DNA from: Octopus sinensis
Taxonomy: Eukaryota
Assembly (NCBI RefSeq): GCF_006345805.1
Contig: NC_043006.1
Span: 14,942,001 to 15,006,000 of the forward strand
Length of the DNA: 64,000 nt
Reading direction: 5' to 3'
Shown here: positions 25,808 to 37,515 of the stretch, piece by piece
Numbering within the stretch: the stretch's first letter is position 1
Layout: the number at the start of each line of letters is the position of its first letter
Program-made: the position numbers and the translations under genes
Notes under the pieces: generated by a model
The model's input: the letters and a program-made list of their open reading frames with translations, nothing else
Databases searched by the model: none
What the model was told of the DNA's origin: nothing

Positions 25808-26225
25808 AAGGCGGCGAGCTGGCAGAACCGTTAGCATGCCGGGCGAAATGCGTAGCCGTATTTCGTCTGCCGCTACGTTCTGAGTTCAAATTCCGCCGAG
25901 GTTGACTTTGCCTTTCATCCTTACGGGGTCGATAAATTAAGTACCAGTTACACACTGGGGTCGATGTAATCCACTTAATCCGTTTGTCTGTCCTTGCTTG
26001 TCCTCTCTATGTTTAGCCCCTTGTGGGCAGTAAAGAAATAGGTATTTCGTCTGTCGCTACGTTCTGAGTTCAAATTCCGTCGAGGTCGACTTTGCCTTTC
26101 ATCCTTTCGGGGTCGATTAAATAAGTACCAGATGAGCACTGGGGATCGATATAATCGACTTAATCCGTTTGTCTGTCCTTGTTTGTCCCCTCTGTGTTTA
26201 GCCTCTTGTGGGTATTAAAGAAATA
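25808..26225 (+). mobile_element. SINE-A dimer inside an 18-bp TSD (1 mismatch)
   Basis: ggtagc(g/a)ttaacaattgt at 25790-25807 and 26226-26243. Confidence 0.9.
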
Positions 26226-26583
26226 GGTAGCATTAACAATTGTGGTAAGGAATATTTGATCGTTATGGTGATTGTGGCGAAAAGTTTGTGTTAGTGGCGT
26301 CGTAGCGGAACTTCAATAAGGGGATGGTTGTGGTGCTGATAGCGACGGTGCTGATGTGTATATCCAGATCGGCCCTGAATAAACAAGACTAGCGTTCAAA
26401 GGCTTTGCAGCCTAACCGTCCCATCTTTTATTTAAACAAGGGTCGACACAGCGGTCTCTATTGAACCATGAGAATCTATCCAACGGGTCGGTAAACACCC
26501 GAAAAGATTTTTAAAGGGTGCTGAAAGGGTAAAAAAAGTCACAGGAAAAAAGTCACGAGGGGTTTTTGTCTTGGGGGATTTTG

Positions 26584-26860
26584 GGCAAGACTTCCTTTTG
26601 TACCACACCAAAAAACACCCCTTTTTTTATTTAATTTTTTTTCTACACAAACCCCCGTTTTCAGCTACGGAGAATACGAATCTGCAAAAAAAAAAAAAAA
26701 AAAAAATTGGCAAAAATCGGCATTTGGAAATCCCCACCCACCAATTCTTCATTTTTAACTTTTTCAGAATATTTTTGTTTTCGAAATATGCGGAAAAATA
26801 CGGAGATTGTGATTTTGAAAAAAATTTCCAAAAATTGTTCCACTTAGGGTTAGGATTAAT
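26584..26860. mobile_element. Partial copy of the GG-TIR fold-back MITE family
   Basis: Starts ggcaagacttcc; reverse-complement similarity to 22900-23210; ends near ttagggttagg. Confidence 0.7.
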
Positions 26861-26988
26861 TCGTCATTGATCAATTCATCTCCAGGTCAATCCGTCGCTG
26901 TCCAATTCGTCCCCAAATACTTAAGATATGATTTTCGAGGGAAAGTTTACAACAATCACTTTGGAATTTTTAGGCTGTCTTTTAAAAT

Positions 26989-27447
26989 TTGAAAAACTTG
27001 AAAAAATTACTAACAAAGGCAAAATTTGACCTTAGCAACAAAGACCAAACATTCACTGTATCTAAATGCAATGATAGCCGGTGTGGCACATGCCAATTCA
27101 TACATACCGGCCAATATATAAACACAAAAACCGGGAAAATATTCACAAACGCGAATATGAACTGCAAAATCAGAAATTTAATTTACTGCATCAAATGTCC
27201 AAATTGTGAAGAAATATATGTAGGTCAGACGGGAAACGCACTATCAGAACGCTCACGTGTACACCGGCAACAGATTAGAGACCCAGAGGTCCGTCAGACA
27301 CCTTTGAGTAACCACCTAGCAACATGTGGCCGGAAAATATATATAATATTTCCATTCTACAAATTACACAGCCCAAGTGAAATCGAGAGGAAAATCAGAG
27401 AAAAGAATTTTATCGATAAATTCGATCCCAAGCTAAATAAGCAATAA
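26989..27447 (+). pseudogene. Penelope-like element GIY-YIG endonuclease (C-terminal ORF remnant)
   Basis: C..RCGTC zinc motif, LIYCIKCPNCEEIYVGQT (GIY-YIG), H..H..., IFPFYKL...REKNFIDKFDPKLN terminus. Confidence 0.9.
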
Positions 27448-27869
27448 TAATAATACTTAGATAGCAGGAAAATTATCTTATTTAGGGTTAAAAGTTCTAT
27501 TGCCACCACCATCACCACTAGCAACAATAATTAAGGTGCTGCCAATGATGATGATGACAATTGAAATATAAAAATATAAAAATCTCTGACAAAGGCTATT
27601 TACAACATTTCTAAAAATAACCCAACAATTGCTGCTTCGGCCAGGGTTAAGATACAGGACTCTTGACATGTCCAACAAAGCGTGACGCCTAAACCAATCA
27701 GCTCAACCAACCAATCAGCTTAAGTAATTGAGTGATACTACACACTGATTGGTCAGAATACAGCTTGCAAAACCTAGCATCTGGAGCCTACACAGCTGTA
27801 TTTAAAGCACAGATTCAATCATCTCGCTACAGTAAAAAAATGTGAAGCATGACTGTCACCACTACTACA

Positions 27870-27914
27870 TGAACCTGAAGATTGCAGAATTTAATGCACG
27901 AAAGTACTAGTTCA
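27870..27914 (+). ncRNA. Canonical minimal type I hammerhead in the PLE 3' region
   Basis: tgaac-CTGAAGA-t(tgca..tgca)c-GAAA-gtac-TA-gttca: perfect 5-bp helix I, palindromic helix III AGTACT. Confidence 0.85.
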
Positions 27915-28142
27915 ATCAGAATGAACATTTAACATTCTATTATTTTATTCTATTTTATTACGTTATATTATATTGTCTTATATCATTATAAGATTGTAAA
28001 TAAAACGTGAAAATCAGACAAGGTTGGAATTCCTTTTATTAATATATATATATATATATATATATTTTCCTGAGCGCCTAATAATACTTTAATTGTTCCA
28101 CCTCCTTGCGTTGTTGTCTTTTTTGTTTTCTTGTTTGGATTA

Positions 28143-28194
<52 letters not shown>

Positions 28195-28726
28195 GATTTA
28201 GTAGTGTTCACTTCCCAGAGCGAGAGTTTCAGTTCGAATCGCACGTGTCTCGAATGGGCTGGAGAGTTTCTATTTTGGATATATTCGGGGGTACTTAATT
28301 GTGCTCATGACTTAGTGTTTGCTTCTTCCATGGGTATAAGTAAGTATTTCATTTATTTCTTTACCGCATTTATCCTTTCCTTCATGCAATTCATGTAGAG
28401 GAGTTGGGGGAAGCGGTTTTAAACGCCGAGATGGGACACCGAGACACAAAAGAAAGAAAATAGGTGGCACGTATCAGAAACTCCTTTGTGATCGTTATTT
28501 TTCGTTTCGGTTGATATAGCGGCGATAGTACTGGGGGTGGCGGGTAGCGGTGGTAGTAGTCATGGCGGCGGCGGCGGTGGTTGTGGAGTTGGTGGTGGGG
28601 TGATGGGTGTGGTGGTGGTGGGGTGATGGTGGTGGTGATGGTGACTTGTGTTGTCAATAGTAACAGCAGTAATTGTGGTGACAGCACACAAACTCTTCTC
28701 ATTAATTAATAAAAGCATGACTCTCT

Positions 28727-28763
<37 letters not shown>

Positions 28764-28862
28764 ATGTATGTATTCTTGTGCGTGCGTGTGCGTGTTTTAT
28801 GTGTGCGTGTGTATGTGTGTGTGGAGAGAGAAAGAGAGAGACAGAGACAAAGATAAGAGAGA

Positions 28863-28916
<54 letters not shown>

Positions 28917-29034
28917 AAGAGATAGCGAGGCAAAGAGCAAGAGAGAGAGAGAGAGAGAAAGAAAGAAAGAAACAGAGGGAGAGACAGAAATTTGATGGAT
29001 AAACATCTATATTTGTGTATATGTGTATGTATAA

Positions 29035-29980
29035 ACTGGGTCATCCCATAAATTATGCGGTTTTTTTTTTCAATTGCATGAACTAAAAGTCTGAGGGGGA
29101 CGGGATAAACTACCTGCATCAACTTGCTATAAAGCAGGTAGAAATTTTGCCTTGTATTTATTCTTAGAGCAATTTTTGAAGAATGGAGTTCGATTTTAAC
29201 AGTTATTTTTTTCAAAGCTATAATGGAAGTGACAAAGGAGCATATTTGGCATATTTTGCTGGATCTTTGCGGTTTGAACGGCAGTTTTTCTAGCGGTGTC
29301 ATATGAAATTGTCACCCATAATTATGACCCTAGTATCGATCTATTGCATTTCAATCTGTTTTAGGGATAGCGTTAGTTAGGGTTAGGGGTGGAGGGAAGG
29401 GTATCTTTTTTTCTTCACAAATGTAAATAGACCCAATCTGTTTCTTAAACGAGGGACATATTCATACGGCACAGAATGTTTTCACCTCAATAGACGTCAT
29501 TGATTGGTTGAAATTGCAGAAATTGAAGAAAGAAAACAACAAATATCTTACAAACTATAGAATTTTCTCAATAAAGCCAAGAGAAAAAGATGTTTTATAA
29601 ATACATTCTACCAGTATACGAAGTTTAAAAGTGTTTAGTTACGTGGAAATTATTTTAAAAGAACTGCCGTTCAAACCGAAAAGATCCTATTTTGCTTTAT
29701 GAGTTCAATAAAGGCAACAGCGCACCGCAAAATGCGAGGAAGATTAATGAGGTACATATGGGAATCGGACAATGAGCGTAAGCCAGTGTCAACGGTGGTT
29801 CCAGAAATTCCAAATGGAAACTACAGCCTTGAAGAGGAGTATCGTCTTGGAAGATCTGCAGAGCTAGGCGGGGACGTCCTGCAAACCCTGGTGGACTGTT
29901 GAGGAACTAGCCAAGGAGCTTGGATTTGCTCATTCACCTATTCATCGACGCATGCGTACCATTGGAAAAGTCAGCAAATT
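29035..29980 (+). pseudogene. mariner transposon 5' half with decayed transposase
   Basis: TIR-like ctgggtcatcccataaattatgcgg; ATG 29223 MEVTKEHIWHILLYEFNKGNSA..., then (with frameshifts) SVSQCQRWFQKF, GNYSLEEE.RLGRS, LGFAHSPIHRRMRTIGKVSKL. Confidence 0.85.
29261..29687. mobile_element. 427-bp MITE with 26-bp TIRs and 9-bp TSD (Mutator-like)
   Basis: ggatctttgcggtttgaacggcagtt / aactgccgttcaaaccgaaaagatcc; TSD tattttgct at 29252-29260 and 29688-29696. Confidence 0.92.
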
Positions 29981-30083
29981 ACCGATTTGTATGAAATGCA
30001 AATATTTATTATCATCCATTTTACAGTTTCAAATATGTGTGGATAGATGATTCTAATTAACATTAAGGAATATCAATCAATCA

Positions 30084-30191
<108 letters not shown>

Positions 30192-30229
30192 GTTAGTTAG
30201 TTAGTTAGTTAGTTAATTTGGCTCAAAAG

Positions 30230-30995
30230 CAAATAGCAAGGCCATGTAGGGGGACATGGAGTTAAGTACAGGGTGGTGTTCATGTAAAGAGTTCAGGCCA
30301 CTTGAGGTCCAGGGAGGCTTTGAACAAAGCGGTCGTCGGCATCTTCACCATCTCGTCTGGCAGCTTGTTCCACGGATCCGCAACCCGGACGGAGAAAGCT
30401 CCTCTCCTTCGACTGAGATGAAATCGTCGCAGGTAGAGCTTTTCGGAATGACCCCGCAGCCGACGCTCTGGAGCAGGAGTGAAGAACAGCTCTTTCGAGA
30501 GGTTACACTTTCCGCTTATGATGTTGTGGGCGAGAATGAGATCACCACAGCGGCGGCGTTTTTCAAGAGAATAAAGGTCGAGCGTCTTCAGCCTTTCTTC
30601 GTAGGACAAATTTTTGAGACCATGAACCATGCGGGTAGCCAGCTTCTGGACTCTTTCGAGATGCTGTATGTCTTTGAGGAGATAAGGAGAAGAGGCTTGA
30701 ATCCCATACTCCAATATGGGTCTCACCAGCGTGACATAGAGTGGTAGGAATATGGCTGCTGTGAGCATTCCGAATGACCGTCGAATCAAAAACAGAATTC
30801 CGCGTGCTTTGTTGGCAGCATGGACGCACTGGGCCGAAGGCGAAAAGAGGAATCCACCAAGATACCAGGTCCTTTACCTGATCGGTCCTCTCCAGCAGCA
30901 GACGACCCGGCTCGAAATCAAGTTGAGTTGCAGGAGTAGAGCCGACAGGCAGATGACACACTTGACACGTTCAGACACAGGTCCCAATCGTTAGA
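30230..30995 (-). pseudogene. 5'-truncated CR1-group LINE, RT C-terminal region
   Basis: ORF 30280-30789: LYVTLVRPILEYG, LERVQKLATRMV, YEERL..LDLYSLEKRR..GDLI, RGH, WNKLP; upstream VKDL motif frameshifted; microsatellite tail. Confidence 0.92.
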
Positions 30996-31029
30996 CCACT
31001 TCCAATCTATTTATCTAGATAGATAGATA

Positions 31030-31300
31030 GAGCCCTATTGATCGTTTTTCCCCCTTTTTTCTTCTTTTTTTCATTTCTCTTTCCTTTTGTTCCTTTTCCT
31101 TTTCTCCTTTTTAAAATTTTTTTTTATTTTTTGTTCTTTTTTTTCCAATTCCGATTCTTTTTGATCGAAAACCTACGCCACTTTCTTTTTGTTTCTTTTG
31201 TTTTTTGTTTTTTGTTTTTTTTCATGCCCCAAAAGAAAAGCTCTACCTTGTAACTTGTCCCATCTGTGTTCAGCCCTGTGTGACCAATAAAGAAACATAT
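31030..31300 (+). mobile_element. Probable LINE 3' UTR whose last ~50 nt resemble the SINE-A tail
   Basis: ttgtcccatctgtgttcagccctgtgtgaccaataaagaaacata vs SINE-A ttgtcccctctgtgtttagccccttgtgggtaataaagaaata. Confidence 0.45.
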
Positions 31301-31349
31301 CTATCTATCCATCTATCTATCTGTTTGCCTCCCTGCCTCCCTCCCTCCC

Positions 31350-31476
<127 letters not shown>

Positions 31477-32355
31477 GAGAGGGAAAGAGGGAAGAAGAGA
31501 GACATAAATACACACATACATTTAATTATATAAATGTGCCTCAGTTATTGATCTGCCAGTATATCGTATTTGTCGTATTTGTATACCGATGTGTGTGTGT
31601 GTGTGTGTGTGTGTATACACCGCTAATTTTCCCACTAAAGATACTCCTTTAGCAGCGATATGATATCAGTAAATTAAAATGTCTTGATTTACTACGTTGA
31701 CAAATACTATTAAGTTTACTGATAAGTTATCATACAGCAGGGACCTCATGGTAAATTTCCTCAAGTCATTGCATTAAGTTATTACTCCACTTAGTGTTCG
31801 GTTCACCTCAAAATCCCCTACATCGTTCCTGTTCAGGGTTTTCTCATGGAGTGAAGCGGAGAGTCAGGAAGGATTAAAAGTAGAGGTAAAATTTGCCGGT
31901 TTGATAAAAGTAAGATTTTTTTGCTTTTTTAAAAATCTGTGTTGACACCATGTGGTGGCTGGCATGTTCGTTGTTTTTCTAGGGGTCACCAATTGTAACA
32001 GGGATGAAGGTCTCAGGGACACTTGAAGGGTGTCTGTCTTATCCTGTTACATTTTGTTGTGTCGAAAGGAAAACCAAAACTTCGACTACCTTCAACAGCT
32101 ATAAATATTACTTTATTTTGTTTGGATTCGCAAATAAAAATACATACACATATATTTTCTTCAGGGCGAACCGGTAGCCAAGTCCATAAAACTATTCACA
32201 ACAGTTAACTTGTGTGAGCCAAAATGCTGTCTCCGTTCCCGCGTAGAAGGGGGCTTCTCTACGTGTTGGGTTTTCCCTTGAAATAAGGTTGAGTCGTGTC
32301 CACTCGATAGGGCTGCAGCTTCAAAAAGACCGATCTAGCGGGAAAACCTTCTGTT

Positions 32356-32430
32356 GGAAGTTCTCTGCGCATGCGCATGAGGGAACTTCCGGCGGCCTAC
32401 CGGAAGCAATCCAACTCTGCGCATGCGCAC
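32356..32430. promoter_or_regulatory. Palindromic cluster of two TGCGCATGCGCA (NRF1-type) and CCGGAAG (ETS-type) motifs
   Basis: TGCGCATGCGCA at 32366 and 32418; cttccgg 32386-32392; ccggaag 32400-32406. Confidence 0.35.
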
Positions 32431-32871
32431 TGAAAACTTCCAAAATAGCGTCACTACAGTATCATTCCGAGAAACCGAATTGGCAGAGTCGTAATATTTG
32501 CCCCAAGTTTCTGTTCTCTGCGTTCAACTCCCACAGATGTCAAGTTCACCACTTTCTTTTCTTCCCGGGTCTATAAAATTGTACTAATTTAGCGTGGAGG
32601 ATTGGCGGAGCTATTAGCAGGCGAGACAAAATCTCTTGCGGTATTCATTCCAGCTCTTTGCCTTCTAACTAGTCATGCTTGCGATGGCATTGGTACAAAT
32701 TTGTATCGGACCAAGTCGGCGATCTTTTCCATGCATAAACACCGGTTCCAAATACTATTTTTGTGTGGTATTAAGATTGTTAAGATTGTTAAGCTGCATA
32801 TTACATAGTTAATTAATTAATCAAATGATTAATTAATTAATCAATTAATTAATGGTAGTTTTTCGACTCGA

Positions 32872-33017
32872 GATTTTGATGTTGGTATTTGTCAATTTCA
32901 AAACTGCTGCTCTTGTAACTGTAAGTTCTAGCAGTAATGGTTTAGACTAGGCATCGCTGATGAGTTCTAATACAATCGAAACATGTCCAGAGTTGTCACT
33001 GCATTGTTAAAGATCAG
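32872..33017 (+). repeat. ~145-bp dispersed repeat, second copy at 35626-35771
   Basis: About 90% identical by eye; contains CTGATGA...GAAACATGTC. Confidence 0.85.
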
Positions 33018-33299
33018 CTACGATTTCTTGCTGGACAGCCAGCACAAATTACTTGTTTACTCTGATCAAACGTTTGTGCTTTACGTAAGCTCGCTCCCTG
33101 CATCAAATCAACATTATCTTAACAAGTCCATAGTGTGCCACACATCAGCTGTTGAAGTGATAGCAGAGCAAAATGGAATAAAATGATTTGCTCAAAGAAA
33201 AACGCTTCGCTCGGTTCGGGAATCGAAAGCATGGTCTCATGATCGTGAGTGCAACACACTGGTCTAGTGGTTAGGTTTTTGCACTTATACTAATATTGG

Positions 33300-34410
33300 T
33301 TTCAAATTTTGGCACAAGGTCAGCAGGTTCGGGGGAGGAGGTAACTCGATTACATCGAGCTCTGTGCTCAACTGCTATTTATTTCATTTACCCCAAAAGG
33401 ATTAAAGGTTAAGTCGGCCTCGGCGGAATTTGAACTCAGAACGTAAAAACGGGCGAAATACCGCTAAGCATATTGCCGGCTTGCAAACAGTTCTTATATC
33501 TTTATTACCCACAAGGGGCTAAACACAGAGGGGACAAACAAGGACAGACATAGGTATTAAGTCGATTACATCGACCCCAGTGCGTAACTGCTACTTAATT
33601 TATCGACCCCGAAAGGATGAAAGACAAAGTCGACCTCGGCGGAATTTGAACTCAGAACGTAACGGCAAACGAAATACCGCTAAGCATTTCGCCCGGCGTG
33701 CTAACGTTTCTGCCAGCTCACCGCCTTAAGATAAGCCATTTTGTCCGACGCTCTAACGATTCTGCCAGCTCGTTGTCTAATGGTTTCAAATTTTGGCACA
33801 AGGCCAGCATTTTCGGGGGAGGAGGTCAGTCGATTACATCGATCCCAGTGCTCATCTGGTACTTATTTAATAGACCCCGAAAGGATGAAAGGCAAATTCG
33901 ACCTCGACGAAATTTGAACTCAGAATGTGAAAACTGGCGAACTACCTATTTCTTTACTACCCACAAGGGGCTAAACACAGAGAGGACAAACAAGGACAGA
34001 CAAACGGATTAAGTCGATTACATCGACCCCAGTGCGTAACTGGTACTTATTTAATCGACCCCGAAAAGATGAAAGGCAAAGTCTACCTCGGCGGAATTTG
34101 AACCCAGAACGTAACGGCAGACGAAATACCTATTTCTTTACTACCCACAAGGGGCTAAACACAGAGTGGACAAACAAGAACAGACAAACGGATTAAGTCG
34201 ATTACATCGACTCCAGTGCGTAACTGGTACTTAATTTATCGACCCCGAAAGGATGAAAGGCAAAGTCGACCTCGGCAGAATTTGAACTCAGAACATAATG
34301 GCAGACAAAATACGGCTACGCATTTCGCCCGGTGTGCTAACGTTTCTGCCGGCGAGCTGGCAGAAATACCGCTAAGCATTTTCCCCGGCGTGCTAACTGT
34401 TCTGCCAGCT
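33300..34410 (-). mobile_element. Cluster of at least four SINE-A or SINE-A-related copies and multimers
   Basis: Repeated reverse-complement SINE-A bodies and heads. Confidence 0.88.
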
Positions 34411-34539
34411 CGCGGCTGTCCCTCACACTAATATTGGTGTTAGTTCTCATGCATTTTTATTCACCTGGAAGAGTTGCATTTACATATGTACCACAGCTAA
34501 TTAAATAAAACAGCAGACAACATTCATCAAACGGAATGA

Positions 34540-35375
34540 GAACAAGTTGTCACTGCTTAACATAGAAAATAGTAATATGAAGGTAGTTTGTTACGATTGA
34601 GAACAAGTTAAGTACAAAACATAAGATCACCTTATCACAAAACTGACTGATTGTGCCAATCAGTTGATTGTGGTCTCCCCATACAAGACAAAACATCTCC
34701 AGAATTGAGTCACCCCAGAGGGCACTCACTAAACGAATTGAAGGCATGGCTGCTCTCGATTATTGGGATCGCCTTAAAGCCTTGAAACTTTACTCCCTCC
34801 AGCGTCGCCGTGAGCGGTACATCATTTGTACGATGTGGAGAATATACCGCCAACTTTGCCCAAATGACCTTAACATTAGCTTCAAGGTTCATCCAAGACT
34901 GGGACCACGGGCCATACGTCCCATGCCCAATTCAAGATCGCAACATACATGTACACTGTAACATAATTTCCTTTCCTCAACAGGCCCTGCCCTATTTAAC
35001 ATTGTCCCGAAAGAGATCAAAGAGGAAAAGGATCCCATCAACTTTAAACAGAGTCTGGATAGATTCCTTCAAAGAATACCAGATAAGCCACCCATAATTG
35101 GATACAACTCACACAACAAGAACTCACTACTTGAATAAAACTTGATACAACTCACCCAACAAGAACTCACTACTTGAACAAAACTGGATACAACTCACCC
35201 AACAAGAACTCACTACTTGAATAAAACTTGATACAACTCACCCAACAAGAACTCACTACTTGAACAAAACTTGACTTAAACAGGATTCGAATAATCCTAT
35301 CAGGTGGTGCTATTAAGTTAGACATGGCCTGGACCAATCTTTGGTCGAAACATATCTAAGTTTTATCTAAGTTTT
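34540..35375 (+). pseudogene. CR1-group (L2/Crack-like) LINE 3' fragment
   Basis: WSPH...IESPQRALTKRI...YWDRLKALKLYSLQRRRERY, later GPALFNIVP..FKQSLDRFLQRIPDKP; one in-frame stop. Confidence 0.85.
35101..35272 (+). repeat. 43-bp minisatellite x4 at the LINE ORF end
   Basis: Units at 35101, 35144, 35187, 35230. Confidence 0.95.
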
Positions 35376-35862
35376 AAGTTTTATATAGATTCGAGTAGTT
35401 ATAATTTCGACTGATATAGTTTCGAGTAGAGCTTCCGCCCGCTCTAGGCAGAGCAAATAGAACAATTGAGAACACTTATCATGGGACAGCTGCAATCTTT
35501 CATTCATGAAAAAGAAAATCTCGCTAAGGCCTGTATACATATGGGACAGAGATATGATTAACGGAGACCCTAAAATTCTGAGAAGGCTAGGGGTTTATAG
35601 AAAGAAGGATTGCGTTGCTAATGGTGATTTTGGTGCTGGTATTTGTCAATTTCAAAACTGCTGCTCTTGTAACACTAAGTTTCGGCAGTAATGGTTTAGA
35701 CTAGGCATCGCTGATGAGTTCTAATACAATCGAAACATATCCAGAGTTGTCACTGCATTGTTAACGATCAGACTCACTCCCCACCACACTGCATTCGTTG
35801 TTCAATCGATTGCAATTAAAATTTGGAAGTTGTTTTCCCCTGTCTTTCAAACTAGAATTAGT

Positions 35863-35865
<3 letters not shown>

Positions 35866-35908
<43 letters not shown>

Positions 35909-36348
35909 AAGCGGCACAGTAGCAGCAGCACAACAATAGTAACGGTAGTAGTAGTAGTAGTAGCAGCAGCAGGAGTACTTGCAGCAACAGTAGTAGTAGT
36001 AGTAGTAATATTAGGTGTGATTGTAGTAGAAGTGGAAGTAGTAATAGCAATTGTAACGTACCAATTGTGTCAGTATTAATTGTGGTAGTTGTAGTAGTAG
36101 TGGTAGTAGTTGAGGTAGTGGTGGTAGTAGTAGTTGTGATAATGGCGGTGGTGGTAGTAGTAGTAGTAGTTCTGATAGTGGTGGTACTAGTAGTGATAGT
36201 GGTGGTGGTGGTAGTAGTAGTAACAGGGGTACATGTGGTGGTGGTGGTGGTAGTAGTAGTAGTTGTGATAGTGGTGGTAGTAGTAATGATAGTGATGGTG
36301 ATGGTGGTGGTGGTGGTGGTTGTAATAGTAGTGGTGGTGGTGGTTGTA

Positions 36349-36387
<39 letters not shown>

Positions 36388-36388
36388 A
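35866..36388. repeat. (TAG)n/(TGG)n compound microsatellite
   Basis: Direct reading. Confidence 0.9.
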
Positions 36389-36689
36389 CCACACATCACA
36401 CCTTGTCATATGTAAGTAAACGCACTCACGCACGCCCACACATAGGCATCACCATCACCACCATCACCATCACCACCACCACCATCACTACGATTAACAA
36501 CAGCAACAACAACAACATCGACAGCTGCAATAAGGACTACAGCTACAAGAAGAACAACACCAGCAAGGTTGTTTTGTCGTTTCCTCTCGAATTCTTCCAC
36601 TGAGTATACCTTTTCGACTCTTCCGTTCTCTCTTTTTATCCTCTCTGTATATCTCTATGTACACATTCATATACATGCATGCCTACCTA

Positions 36690-37340
36690 CTTTCTAACAC
36701 ACCTACCTACCTACATACCTACCTACCTACCTACCTACCTACCTACCTACCTACCTACCTACCTACCTACCTGCCTGCCTGCCTGCCTGCCTACCTACCT
36801 ACCTACCTACCTACCTACCTACCTACATACATACATACCTACCTACCTACATACCTACCTACCTACCTACATACATACCTACCTACCTACCTACCTACCT
36901 ACATACCTACCTACCTACATACCTACCTACCTACCTACCTACCTACCTACCTACCTACCTACATACCTACTACCTACCTACCTACCTACCTACCTACCTA
37001 CCTACCTACCTACCTACCTACCTACCTACCTACCTACCTACCTACCTACCTACATACCTACGTACCAACCTACCTACCTACCTACCTACCTACCTACCTA
37101 CCTACATACCTACCTACCTACATACCTACCTACCTACCTACCTACATACCTACCTACCTACCTACCTACCTACATACCTACCTACCTACCTACCTACCTA
37201 CCTACCTACATACCTACCTACCTACATACTACCTACCTACCTACCTACCTACCTACCTACCTACCTACCTACCTACCTATCTACATACCTACCTACCTTC
37301 ATACCTACCTACCTACCTACCTACCTACCTACCTACATAC
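36690..37340. repeat. ~650-bp (CTAC)n microsatellite with CATA variants
   Basis: Direct reading; source of the PTYL-repeat ORFs. Confidence 0.95.
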
Positions 37341-37445
37341 GAATATACATACATTCATACGTATATATGTTGATATATATTTATATGTATACTTGGAAAT
37401 GGATGCGTGGCGTTCAATCAAATAATAAATACTAAATGATATATA

Positions 37446-37512
<67 letters not shown>

Positions 37513-37515
<3 letters not shown>

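Noticed and set aside
28204-28400. Possible first exon ending at a strong gtaagt donor (~28340)
   Set aside because: Only a donor-like motif; no supporting coding signal or downstream exon
36657-37425. 238/248-aa PTYL-repeat ORFs
   Set aside because: Frames of a (CTAC)n tetranucleotide microsatellite
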